From positions 1-30,207 of IMG/VR virus record IMGVR_UViG_3300044512_001202: 30,207 bases of DNA. One strand, written 5' to 3'. Within the stretch, counting starts at the first letter, position 1; every line of letters starts with the position of its first letter. The notes beneath the pieces are model-generated. The model was not told where the DNA came from and made no database searches. It saw nothing but the letters and a program-made list of their open reading frames with translations. Source of the DNA: a virus (taxonomy: Duplodnaviria; Caudoviricetes). Of the stretch, positions 1-8,766 are shown piece by piece. A program made the translations under genes and the position numbers.

Positions 1-2590
1 CGTTATCTCTAGCAGTATCACCTCCGTTTGTTGGATAGATACAGTCAAGGTCACTGGCAATCATGATCCCAGTGTCAGCACCACCAAAGTACAATCGGTT
101 GGTATTCAGTGTACCAATACTACCTACGGCTGTACCGTCTCTGCGGAACTGAAGGATGTCACCTTCATCAGTATTTCGGTTAAGGTTCATGACGTAATCG
201 CCATTCACTGAGAAAAATGACCTGTTGTCGCTTCCACCTCTGATACTAACTCCAACATTAGTATCTCCAGAACCCGGAGCAGTATCAGTAGTCCCCACCA
301 GCAAGAAGCCCTCTGAAGTGATGCGCATGCGTTCTGTGACAGCGCCACCAGCATTAGATGACTTAAAAATAATGTTGGGATTTCCGTTTACTTGACCTGC
401 GTTTGCAACTATTTCCAGATCAGAGTTAGCTTTTCCTTCTACTGTTCCATAAGTAGTCGATGTGCCTAATCTAGCAACGCCTGACAGGTAGAGGTCTTTA
501 AAGCGGGCAGAAGATGCGCCAATGTCAATTGCGGCATCTCTTGCTAAACCACCAGTAGCATTAGCACCTAAATCCCAAGGAACTAAACCAGTCCCTGTAT
601 CAAATCTAATTCCAATGTCATCGTCACCAATAGTTAAATCGCCAGCAACAGTACCAATGGAACCGAATCGGACGCCATCCTTGTTAAGCTGAATAACTTC
701 GCCATCGCTGGACAGTCTATTAAAGTTACACACATTACCGCCGCTTCGGACGGCGCTTAAAAGTCCATCATTACGGAGGACATGCCCAGCGTTACTGGAG
801 TATTCAAGAGTAGTTTTCCCCACCAAGAGGTTGCCGCTTGCATCAATTTGCATGCGTTCTGTAGGAGCTATTCCGTTTCTAAAAATTAAAGAACCGCCGC
901 TAGCTACGTTATTAAGGTAAGAATTAACCCCACTCTGCTGTAAAGAAACATAACCGTTTGCTTCTGCGACTTTTAGGATAGCGTTACTAGCTTTATACGC
1001 ATGAACCAAGGTGTCTGGACTGCTAATACCAATCCCGACGGAGCCGTCTGACGTTATAGTTACAGCATCAACATCACCGTAGTGATAAGTATTTAACCGA
1101 ATACCTTTTTCATTAGTATTAACACTTGTGCCATAAATTTTTGCTATTTTGCTAGTAGTGTTTCCTTGCGCTAATGTTATATCGCCAATAGTTCCATCAG
1201 CTCCTCCAGACACATCCACGCTGCCGGTAACGTCTACGCCTGTGGCGGTGGTGGCTAGTTTTAGAGCGTTGTTGTAGTAAAAGCGATTAGCGTCTCCCGC
1301 AAAAAACTCAGCTTGAGTTGCCGATCCACCAGACGTTTTTATAACAACATTAGTACCTTGAAGATTTAAGTTTCCTGTTCCTGCTTCATCAATAATGCTG
1401 TCGTTTGAGGTGCCATCATGATAAATCTGTAAGTCACCAGCACCGAAGATGGCTTTACTTGAATCAGCAAACGTAATGTCATCGCCCGTGCCGACAGCTA
1501 TATCAGTACCGCCAGTAGTATTGCCTGCCGCAAGTACCTCAGACAACGTGTCAAAAGACCCAACCTGCGAATCAACATACGCCTTGATGCTTTCTGAAGT
1601 AGCAAGTGTAGTAGCAGAGGCTCCAGTAAAATCGTCTGCATCGAGCACCGCTGTGCCACTGACGCCCGTGTTGAGAACAGGTGAAGTCAGTGTTTTATTC
1701 GTTAGCGTGTCTGTTGTGGCCAGCCCAACCAAAGTGTCAGTAGCGTTTGGAAGTGTGATGGTACGATCAGCAGTCGGGTCTGTAACGGTTAATGTAGTTT
1801 CATAAGCATCAGCCGTTGCGCCCTCGAAAACGATAGAAGCGTCTGAAAGCGTTAACCCAGAAGCAACTGGGGACGTTAAAGTTTTGTTAGTCAGGGTATC
1901 TGTTGTAGCTCGACCCACCAGTGTATCGGTTGCATCTGGCAGCGTGATTGTTCTATCCGCAGTTGGGTCAGTAACCGTTAGCGTGGTTTCGTAATCGTTA
2001 GCGGTGGCACCTTCAAAGATAATAGAAGCATCAGACAGTGTTAGCCCTGAAACGGTCGGGGTGGTTAGCGTCTTGTTGGTAAGAGTCTGAGTGTGCGCCG
2101 CAAACACAAAAGTATCGTCGCCGGTTAACAAAGGCAGCGTTACTGTTCTATCTGCTGCCAGGTTAGATCCAGCGAATATATACTGGTGATCTGCGGCTGA
2201 GTCGTTGATTTGAGGGGTGGTGAGAATCGGGGACGTAAGGGTCTTATTCGTTAATGTTTGGGCGCTGGCAGTGGTTACGGCCTCATACCATGTTCCCAGG
2301 CTGCCCCCGTCATCCCGATTCCACCACAAACCGTTTGATTCTGTTATTGCTATTTGACCGTATCGGATTTCACCCGTTGCTGCTGTATCTCGTACCGCAG
2401 AGATTAAAACAGCGCGATCAGTTGAAGGTGCGTTGGCACTGGAGCCTTGCAGTGAGTAGAAGCCGCTCTTCTTAAATGCGACAGAGGTAGTATCTGATCC
2501 GTCTGTCAGCGAGGTCTTGCCGACGTTTGCGGCATCTGCATCGTCTAAGATTACCTGAACTTGTGCCGTAGTTTGTGTCAGTTGTCCCAT
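1..2590 (-). CDS. Tail fibre / receptor-binding protein, N-terminal 863 codons (runs off the left edge; absent from the ORF track)
   Basis: Manual translation from ATG at 2590 (MGQLTQTTAQVQVILDDAD...) stays open to position 1. It has TLTNKTLTSP repeats and GDLQIYHDG, ERMxIxxxGxLLVG and RFKDLYLSG motifs typical of aquatic-phage fibres, and lies directly downstream of the gp10-like gene. Confidence 0.88.
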   Translation of the reverse strand, partial: MGQLTQTTAQVQVILDDADAANVGKTSLTDGSDTTSVAFKKSGFYSLQGSSANAPSTDRAVLISAVRDTAATGEIRYGQIAITESNGLWWNRDDGGSLGTWYEAVTTASAQTLTNKTLTSPILTTPQINDSAADHQYIFAGSNLAADRTVTLPLLTGDDTFVFAAHTQTLTNKTLTTPTVSGLTLSDASIIFEGATANDYETTLTVTDPTADRTITLPDATDTLVGRATTDTLTNKTLTSPVASGLTLSDASIVFEGATADAYETTLTVTDPTADRTITLPNATDTLVGLATTDTLTNKTLTSPVLNTGVSGTAVLDADDFTGASATTLATSESIKAYVDSQVGSFDTLSEVLAAGNTTGGTDIAVGTGDDITFADSSKAIFGAGDLQIYHDGTSNDSIIDEAGTGNLNLQGTNVVIKTSGGSATQAEFFAGDANRFYYNNALKLATTATGVDVTGSVDVSGGADGTIGDITLAQGNTTSKIAKIYGTSVNTNEKGIRLNTYHYGDVDAVTITSDGSVGIGISSPDTLVHAYKASNAILKVAEANGYVSLQQSGVNSYLNNVASGGSLIFRNGIAPTERMQIDASGNLLVGKTTLEYSSNAGHVLRNDGLLSAVRSGGNVCNFNRLSSDGEVIQLNKDGVRFGSIGTVAGDLTIGDDDIGIRFDTGTGLVPWDLGANATGGLARDAAIDIGASSARFKDLYLSGVARLGTSTTYGTVEGKANSDLEIVANAGQVNGNPNIIFKSSNAGGAVTERMRITSEGFLLVGTTDTAPGSGDTNVGVSIRGGSDNRSFFSVNGDYVMNLNRNTDEGDILQFRRDGTAVGSIGTLNTNRLYFGGADTGIMIASDLDCIYPTNGGDTARDN
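1680..2260 (-). repeat. Intragenic tandem repeats in the fibre: two near-identical 63-aa (189-nt) units plus one diverged unit
   Basis: TLTNKTLT.P..SGLTLSDASI.FEGATA..YETTLTVTDPTADRTITLP.ATDTLVG.ATTD occurs twice; TLTNKTLT starts near 2257, 2086, 1897 and 1708. Confidence 0.9.
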
Positions 2591-2593
2591 TGG

Positions 2594-4018
2594 TTAGCCC
2601 TTCAATACTTGTGCGTCAATAGCCGCGTCAATGATGTCCACCTTTGCATTGGTGGAGGTTTCGACCCTTACAATGATCTCTCTGCATTTGCCTAGAGAGT
2701 TGATGTCGATTGTCTTGTTACCGTTTACCGAGACGGTGTTGATGGTTGTGAAAGTGATCAGGTCTTTACTGACCTTGACCGTAACGTCTGTCGCGCTAGA
2801 GGTTTCAACGTGGAGCTTGATCTTGTCGATGACCATCTCTGCCCCGCCAACGCCAAGCACTTCAGAGGAGATCAACGGCAGATCCTTTCTGCGCGTCATG
2901 TTTGCCCCGTCTTGCTGGAAGTTGTCGTAATCGAGCCGGTAGATCTTCTTGTTGATTGCGTGAGCCGCAAGCACCAGGTTGTAACCTTGAACGACAGTGG
3001 TGGTCACAAAGTCCTTCTCAAACCAAGAGCCAGAAACAACGTGATGGGTCCAGATGATTCCCTGGTTCGGAAAGATAAAGTCAACGAAGTTTTCTTGGTG
3101 CAGCGAGTAGCAGCTCACCCTGGCGCTGGTGAAGTCATCGGTGCCGTAGTTCGCCCAAGCCTCTCCAATTGCAGGAACATACAGAGGTTGATGCTGAGAT
3201 CCGACGATAACGCCTGGCCGTCTGTTGCCATCAATGAAGTAAATCGCGCCATCAATAGAATCAACTGCGTAGGTGCCGCAAATGCCATGCTGTAACACTG
3301 CCTGGCGGTCTAATGGTGGCCGCCCTGTGCCGCTCGTAAACCACACCTCAGTGGTCTTTTCTCCGAACAGGTAAAGCAATTGGTTCAGCGAGAAAACGCG
3401 CCTGATGTCATCAGGAAGCGCCTCTGCTTGTGCAAAGTCTAGTGCGCTGATGTCTGTGCCGTCGTTCAGAGCGGAAACGACAAAATACCCGTCAGGCTGG
3501 TCAAAAATGAATCGTGAGTCTAAGAACGCGACCGACTTCGTGGTAGATAGATCTGTGTCGCTGATCTCGACCAAGCCGCCTGCAACGGTGTACACATAAG
3601 CCGATGGGTTACCACCAGTACAGATAATTAGCTGGTTTGCGTCCGTAGCCATCACAACAGGGTTTGGCTCGTTCGATATGTTGCCTAAAAACACGGCATT
3701 ACCGCCCGAATCAACGGAGTAAAGCGACGAACCTGTTACCTGGTACATGAGGGCGTTTGGACCATCGACAATGATTCCTCTGTCTGCGCCACCTGGCGTG
3801 ATTGATACCTCAATGGTGTTGCCATCGGCATCAGTGAATATCGATGCGTTTGTATCTGTAAGAGGCTCACCCGTACCTAAGAAGTCGGCAAAAGTGACGT
3901 AGCCAGGCACCTGTCTATATCCCCGCAATGTGTGCGGGTAAATGTTGAGCACTTGCTGTCGGTTAGCATCGAGCCTGGTGCTGTTGTAGCTCGATTCTAG
4001 TTGGACATCTGCTCTCAT
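2594..4018 (-). CDS. P22 gp10-like tail hub / packaged-DNA stabilization protein
   Basis: 474 aa, beta-rich; AEALPDDI and LFGEKTTEVW motifs as in the gp10 family; follows the gp4-like gene. Confidence 0.85.
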   Translation of the reverse strand: MRADVQLESSYNSTRLDANRQQVLNIYPHTLRGYRQVPGYVTFADFLGTGEPLTDTNASIFTDADGNTIEVSITPGGADRGIIVDGPNALMYQVTGSSLYSVDSGGNAVFLGNISNEPNPVVMATDANQLIICTGGNPSAYVYTVAGGLVEISDTDLSTTKSVAFLDSRFIFDQPDGYFVVSALNDGTDISALDFAQAEALPDDIRRVFSLNQLLYLFGEKTTEVWFTSGTGRPPLDRQAVLQHGICGTYAVDSIDGAIYFIDGNRRPGVIVGSQHQPLYVPAIGEAWANYGTDDFTSARVSCYSLHQENFVDFIFPNQGIIWTHHVVSGSWFEKDFVTTTVVQGYNLVLAAHAINKKIYRLDYDNFQQDGANMTRRKDLPLISSEVLGVGGAEMVIDKIKLHVETSSATDVTVKVSKDLITFTTINTVSVNGNKTIDINSLGKCREIIVRVETSTNAKVDIIDAAIDAQVLKG

Positions 4019-4422
4019 ATATCAGTATTCACATCGTAGTTTGATTGATGGAAGGTGAACGCCAGGTCCGACATATCAACAGAGATGTCGATGCTGATGT
4101 CACCCTCAAGCCGGTCTTTTGTTTCTTGTGCAATCACAAAAACAACCTGCGAGGGATCGATACCGAAGTCGCTTGAGATCTCGACGGCCAGGTTGTAGCC
4201 GAGCGCCCGAATTGTTCCATGTGGAACATCTAGTGTTTCAGTCAAAGTCGTAGGTGCAGGGATGTTGCAAAGCCCATCCTCGCCCCACTCAGAAATCATG
4301 TTCTGCAACGCAACAAACACATCTGCGTTTTTATTTGCGTCGTCAGTAGAAAAAGTCACCCCAGAGGTTCTGACACGAATCAGGGAGGTGGCCCTGTCAA
4401 TTATGTTTTGGGGTGTTGCCAT
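4015..4422 (-). CDS. P22 gp4-like head-tail adaptor
   Basis: 135 aa; II.RA...I.V, LQNMISEW and ALGYNLAVEI...FG motifs; lies between coat and gp10; GGAG RBS. Confidence 0.8.
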   Translation of the reverse strand: MATPQNIIDRATSLIRVRTSGVTFSTDDANKNADVFVALQNMISEWGEDGLCNIPAPTTLTETLDVPHGTIRALGYNLAVEISSDFGIDPSQVVFVIAQETKDRLEGDISIDISVDMSDLAFTFHQSNYDVNTDI

Positions 4423-4431
4423 GTCATCTCC

Positions 4432-4460
4432 AAAAAAGAGAAAGGGGGCCGAAGCCCCCG
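4432..4460 (-). terminator. Intrinsic terminator after the coat gene
   Basis: Minus strand GGGGGC-TTCG-GCCCCC followed by TTTCTCTTTTTT. Confidence 0.85.
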
Positions 4461-4473
4461 ATCAAGAGCGGTC

Positions 4474-5661
4474 TTAGTTAATACCTACTCGTGCAGCAAG
4501 CTGCGGTCTGATTGCTTTGTAGCCATAGAGGACATCGATCCTGCATGGATATTTGTCATCAGAGATTGTGTAGTCACGGATTACGCGCATCGAGATGCCG
4601 TCCATAACTTCACGCGCCGCAAAGTCAACGCCTTGTGGCAATACCAAGTCAGCAGTTGCAAAAGCAAATGCGTTCTTGCTGAATGCCAACGTTTCTTGCC
4701 AGTCTGCACTCGCGCCACCGCCAACTTTAGAGATCGCAGCATTGTCAGCAGGTGATCCGCTAACATTTTGACGACCGCCAGAGGCAGTGATTGAGGGAGA
4801 GATAGCAACCGACGTTGCAGATGTTCCAGAGTCGCTGGTTACAACAAACTGCTGAAGTACACCTGTGTCTGCCTTAGTTTCAGGGTGGACACGGTTAACG
4901 CCTGCGATGGTGATGATGTCACCTTTCAAAAACGTGGTTGTGCCGCCATCTACAGTCAAGCTTGCGCCAGTCTGTGATGCACCGTTGACCAAGTAGCCAG
5001 TAGTTGCAGCAGCAGTACCAGTGGTGTGAACAGGCATGAGAGTGTTCTCATAGTGCTCAAAACCAGCGATCTTGCCCAACTGACCTTCTTTGTACTGCTT
5101 GCTGATGCTTGAAGAATCTTGGAAAAGACCCTTGGTATCGGCCAGCATGTCTACAACAGACTGTGGGTTGTGCAAGTAGCTGCGGTCGCCATAAGGCGCA
5201 AGGCTGTCAGTCAATAACTTCTGTGCCTGGGTAATGTTTGCAAAAGAGTTTGCAGAACCTACACCGTTGTAGAAGTTATAAACGTCCTTGTACATAGACA
5301 ATGCGTCCGACTCCATGTTGGCAGCCAATACAGACATTGCAGGCTCAAGGTATCGTGCCTTGAACTCGTCAATGTGCATCGTTAACTCTTCAGATGAGAA
5401 CGTGAAGTCCACACCTTTTTGAGTGTCTACGGTTAAAGTTTCAGAAGACTCATCGATGTCCTGAGTGCTAAGTGCTGCGCCACTACGGATAGTGAACTCG
5501 TTTGGTAAACGGACCTTGAGGTCGTTACCAATCTTTGCGCCGGTCTTTGCATACTGGTCGTCGTACTGAGTGTTGATGTTGCTCACGAAATTCAATTTCT
5601 GATGAAGAATAGCGAGAGCTTCTTTGGTGATGACACTAGGTGTCAGAAAGCTATTAGCCAT
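4474..5661 (-). CDS. Major capsid protein, P22 coat (gp5) family
   Basis: 395 aa; MANSFLTPSVITKEAL, GAKIG..L.VRLP and C-terminal CRIDVLYGYKAIRPQLA motifs; GAGG RBS. Confidence 0.93.
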   Translation of the reverse strand: MANSFLTPSVITKEALAILHQKLNFVSNINTQYDDQYAKTGAKIGNDLKVRLPNEFTIRSGAALSTQDIDESSETLTVDTQKGVDFTFSSEELTMHIDEFKARYLEPAMSVLAANMESDALSMYKDVYNFYNGVGSANSFANITQAQKLLTDSLAPYGDRSYLHNPQSVVDMLADTKGLFQDSSSISKQYKEGQLGKIAGFEHYENTLMPVHTTGTAAATTGYLVNGASQTGASLTVDGGTTTFLKGDIITIAGVNRVHPETKADTGVLQQFVVTSDSGTSATSVAISPSITASGGRQNVSGSPADNAAISKVGGGASADWQETLAFSKNAFAFATADLVLPQGVDFAAREVMDGISMRVIRDYTISDDKYPCRIDVLYGYKAIRPQLAARVGIN

Positions 5662-5673
5662 GAGTTGCCTCGA

Positions 5674-6501
5674 TTATTTTCTGTACCCCCTGTACTTGGC
5701 GTACTCGGCTGGAGTCATCTTGTCGGGGTCTTTTTCGACCTTTCCAGATGCTCTGACGGGTTTCGCTGGTGCTGGGGCGTTGGATGTCGTGACAGGTCTG
5801 TTTGGCGTGAGCGCTTGAGATAACCGGCCTAGTTCCATCATTGCCATCCCAGGTGCCATCGCATTGATTGCTGCGGCCTTTTGTGGGTTTGATGCAAGGT
5901 GGTATGCCAGTGCTGGGCCATTCTCAGACAATATGATTGCCTGTTGCATGGCTTCACCCTGGACAAAGCTAGGTGCGCTGACCTTGGCCATAAAATCTGG
6001 CTGCTCAGACGCAAATGCCTGCGAGCGTTCTTTGAAGGCATCGACAGTTGCTTGGTTGGCTTGTTGTCGAAGGTGTTCGACCTGTAGCCTTTCCTGCTGC
6101 GTCATTGCCTGCTGAACAGTTCGCTGGTTCAAAGCGGCGTTGTATTGCACCACGGCCTGCTGGTAAGCATTCTGGTCGTAATCAAAGTCCTCTAACTGCG
6201 GAAATGTATCCGTTTGCGGGAGGTTCTGATTCATCCTCTGCTCAAGCAGATTGGCGCGTTGCTCGGCCTCTTTGGCTCGTTGCTCTGCCTCTCGGACTTG
6301 TCGTGTTTTTTGGTTGATCCGCTCTTGGAATGAGTTGCGTTTCTTTTGCACCTCTTCCTCAGATTCGACGGGATCAGCGTCGGATGGCTCTGTTGCTTCT
6401 ACAGCTTCAGAGGTTTCGCCCGAAGGCTCTTGAGTCTCTTGAACGGTTGACTCGGGTTCCAGTGACACAGAAGTGTCGTCAGCTATTGCTGCATCAGTCA
6501 T
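5674..6501 (-). CDS. Scaffolding protein (start moved to ATG 6501)
   Basis: Acidic N-terminus, coiled coil (FQERINQKTRQVREAEQ), GPALAYHLA.NP and C-terminal MTPAEYAKYR; directly upstream of coat; GGAG at 6510-6513 supports the 6501 start. Confidence 0.85.
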   Translation of the reverse strand: MTDAAIADDTSVSLEPESTVQETQEPSGETSEAVEATEPSDADPVESEEEVQKKRNSFQERINQKTRQVREAEQRAKEAEQRANLLEQRMNQNLPQTDTFPQLEDFDYDQNAYQQAVVQYNAALNQRTVQQAMTQQERLQVEHLRQQANQATVDAFKERSQAFASEQPDFMAKVSAPSFVQGEAMQQAIILSENGPALAYHLASNPQKAAAINAMAPGMAMMELGRLSQALTPNRPVTTSNAPAPAKPVRASGKVEKDPDKMTPAEYAKYRGYRK

Positions 6502-6535
6502 GAGTTCGTCTCCACGAATTTTCCCCACCAGAACG

Positions 6536-6557
6536 AAAAAACCGCCACTAGGGCGGT
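6536..6557 (-). terminator. Intrinsic terminator-like hairpin in the scaffold leader
   Basis: Minus strand ACCGCC-CTAGT-GGCGGT followed by TTTTT. Confidence 0.7.
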
Positions 6558-6618
6558 CTTTACTCAGGGCGGTGGGTTTGCCCTAGTAACAGTGAGTCGG
6601 CACTGTTAACCGAAAAAC

Positions 6619-6633
6619 TGGTATACTTTTCCT
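6619..6633 (+). promoter_or_regulatory. Extended -10 promoter for a leaderless transcript
   Basis: TG-G-TATACT (6619-6627) ends 6 nt before ATG 6634; no SD sequence. Confidence 0.6.
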
Positions 6634-6819
6634 ATGCGACCATTCGTAAACACAGACGTAGAAATGCCCGCCGAAATGTTCGACGCACTAGATCTTTTTG
6701 AGTGCGAATGTGTCGGGAAAAACGTCAAAGAGGTGTCTGTTTCAGACGTTACCTCTTATCTTTTGGAAAACTACGGGCCTGAGTTGAGCAAACAATTCGA
6801 GCCTCGTTTTTTGTATTAG
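6634..6819 (+). CDS. Small acidic hypothetical protein antisense to the late operon (candidate immunity protein)
   Basis: 61 aa; fills an otherwise non-coding gap, has its own promoter-like element, and its stop overlaps the stop of the convergent 452-aa gene (TTAG 6816-6819). Confidence 0.65.
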   Translation: MRPFVNTDVEMPAEMFDALDLFECECVGKNVKEVSVSDVTSYLLENYGPELSKQFEPRFLY

Positions 6820-8174
6820 CGCTCTAGCGACCTCAACAAATCCTCGTCGATGATTCCGTAGTACCCTTTCATTTGAAGCGCCCGAATGTCTTGAGCGCTT
6901 GGCTTTGCAGGATCAGCAATGCGCCTTGTATCTACCATTGCGGGCAAAATTTGTGTTGCCACAATGTCTCTGTCCAATGAACCTAATCCTTGGCCTCGTA
7001 GAGCCGCTAAATAGGTCGGATGTCCTGAGTCGACAATAATGTCGCCCTCACCTATTTCACCGACATTGATCAGCCTTCCTTGTCGGCCTTGTAATTGAGT
7101 CATGTCTGAGACAGCAAGCCTAGCCTCACCGCGACTCATGCCGCCTTTCTCCCTATACCCGACATCCATCAGTTGCTGGATTTGCTTTCTCTTATCGCCG
7201 CTTACGTTGTAAATCTGATCAATTGACGTTGGATCATTAACGCCTTTCCAATCTGGGATTATTTGCTTAATTTCTTTATCTAACGCCTTTTGATCTTTTT
7301 TCATCATGTTGCTTTTTGCATGGCGCAACATTACTTCTGTCGTCATCGTTGCGTGGTCGCCGCCGGTTGGGGCCATTTGCCACGGCAAGTAAATTGGATC
7401 TTTGCCGGTTTGCTGACGCAGAATGTCAGCGCGTTTCTTCAGGCCTGCAACAACTTGTGGATCAGAGGCCCAAACCATATCGGGGTTGTCGAACATGAAG
7501 TCTTGGCCGCCCTTTAAATCAACGCCTTCGCCAAGCTCTACGTCATTAACAGCCATCAGCCTGCCACCGGCGCTAGTTCTGTCTGACATTGACGTTAAAA
7601 AAGGTCTGCCTTCAAGGTCTTCTAACGAAATCACCGGCTTTTCAGCCATTGGGCGTTCTTCGATTTGTAACTCTAGGTTTTGTAACCTTTCTTGCTCTTT
7701 AACCCTTGGATCAAACCCCTCGTCAAACTTAACGCCGCGTAACGTTTTCGTAGTGCGACCAGGAGCTATGCCAGCGTCCATTGCGCTATCGCTTATTTTT
7801 CTAACCTGCGAAGCCGCTGGTATTAACGGAATAGCGCCAGCAGCACTTAGCAAGTAGTTGACCATGTTTCTTGATTCAGGATCACGGGCGTACATATCAG
7901 CGTCTGCTGCTAGTCCTGTCACATCACCAACGATAGGGATAGCGCTTGAGACTATTGCCGCAAGATCCAGTGGCGACATGGCTGATTCATCGTCGTAACC
8001 AACAGACATTGATACGCCTGTACCGTATGGGCTGCGATCCATGATCTCCATGTAACGCTCTGCCTCGATGCCGCCTATCTCGTCTTGAGCTTCTAAAACA
8101 GCAGACAGGAAGTTACCAATCTCGTTTTCTTCTTTAGCTCTTAACAAAGCCTGAAGGCGAGGTGATGCAGGCAT
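6816..8174 (-). CDS. Hypothetical protein with a pre-toxin (PT-TG-like) hydrophobic segment and an unassigned C-terminal domain
   Basis: 452-aa ORF in the late operon; AIPIVGDVTGLAADADMYARDP...LLSAAGAIPLIP, then a globular-looking region (SDRTSAGG, GGQDFM, VWAS, SGHPTY). Confidence 0.6.
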   Translation of the reverse strand: MPASPRLQALLRAKEENEIGNFLSAVLEAQDEIGGIEAERYMEIMDRSPYGTGVSMSVGYDDESAMSPLDLAAIVSSAIPIVGDVTGLAADADMYARDPESRNMVNYLLSAAGAIPLIPAASQVRKISDSAMDAGIAPGRTTKTLRGVKFDEGFDPRVKEQERLQNLELQIEERPMAEKPVISLEDLEGRPFLTSMSDRTSAGGRLMAVNDVELGEGVDLKGGQDFMFDNPDMVWASDPQVVAGLKKRADILRQQTGKDPIYLPWQMAPTGGDHATMTTEVMLRHAKSNMMKKDQKALDKEIKQIIPDWKGVNDPTSIDQIYNVSGDKRKQIQQLMDVGYREKGGMSRGEARLAVSDMTQLQGRQGRLINVGEIGEGDIIVDSGHPTYLAALRGQGLGSLDRDIVATQILPAMVDTRRIADPAKPSAQDIRALQMKGYYGIIDEDLLRSLER

Positions 8175-8177
8175 TTA

Positions 8178-8513
8178 TTAGGCCATACCGCCTTGGTACG
8201 GAGCGAAGGTCTGCAAGCCAGTAGTTGGGTCAACAACGATCCGATACATGGCACCATCACGGCCTCTGACAGCTTGCTGCTGACCTGGTTGCGCGGGTGG
8301 TTGCTGCATAGCCATTTGATTGCCCATCGGCATCTTCATACCGCCAGGCATTGCTCCCATCTGTCCAGGCATTTGAGGGCGTGGCATCTGAGGTGCCTGC
8401 CTGCGTGGCATTGGGGGCTTCATTTGTTGGGGAACAGCGTTGCCAACTGGGTTGGGTCTTGGTCGTTGAGCCGGTGCTCTTCCAGCAAGCATTTGCGCGA
8501 TTGCGTTGTTCAT
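8178..8513 (-). CDS. Pro/Gln/Met-rich disordered hypothetical protein
   Basis: 111 aa; ATGA-coupled to the upstream micro-gene; low-complexity body with a short beta-like C-terminus. Confidence 0.75.
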   Translation of the reverse strand: MNNAIAQMLAGRAPAQRPRPNPVGNAVPQQMKPPMPRRQAPQMPRPQMPGQMGAMPGGMKMPMGNQMAMQQPPAQPGQQQAVRGRDGAMYRIVVDPTTGLQTFAPYQGGMA

Positions 8514-8620
8514 TTCTTTTTCCCGTACTTGACTTTAACGTTCTTCTTCTTCGCTGCCTTCTTAGCTGCGGCGATACCCGCTGGCTTGTAGCTAAAGTGC
8601 TTTTTACCGACCATTGGCAT
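8510..8620 (-). CDS. Lys-rich micro-protein, 36 aa (not in ORF track)
   Basis: MPMVGKKHFSYKPAGIAAAKKAAKKKNVKVKYGKKK; starts 2 nt after the previous stop, and its TGA overlaps the next ATG. Confidence 0.75.
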   Translation of the reverse strand: MPMVGKKHFSYKPAGIAAAKKAAKKKNVKVKYGKKK

Positions 8621-8622
8621 GA

Positions 8623-8766
8623 TTACTTCCTTTTCCTTGCAGTCTTTGCTGCTTTCCTGAACGCTTTAGCGGTAGGTGCGCCCCGTGATCCAGGCCTTCT
8701 CATTGACTCACCGCTACCTGACTTGATTCTCTTTCGCTTCGCGTGAATGTTTTTGTACAAGCTCAC
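8623..8766 (-). CDS. Lys/Arg-rich micro-protein, 47 aa (not in ORF track)
   Basis: GTG start abutting the previous TAA with GGAG RBS; MSLYKNIHAKRKRIKSGSGESMRRPGSRGAPTAKAFRKAAKTARKRK. Confidence 0.75.
   Translation of the reverse strand: MSLYKNIHAKRKRIKSGSGESMRRPGSRGAPTAKAFRKAAKTARKRK

Noticed and set aside
1449-2475. Plus-strand ORFs 1449-1805 and 2254-2475
   Set aside because: Antisense shadows of the fibre gene, which the track missed because it runs off the edge.
1-2590. Diversity-generating retroelement or invertible tail cassette
   Set aside because: No reverse transcriptase or invertase gene; the repeats differ at synonymous positions rather than specifically at adenines.
8193-8746. 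Plus-strand ORFs 8193-8591 and 8351-8746
   Set aside because: Shadows of the minus-strand basic and P/Q/M-rich genes; the Phe runs mirror Lys codons.
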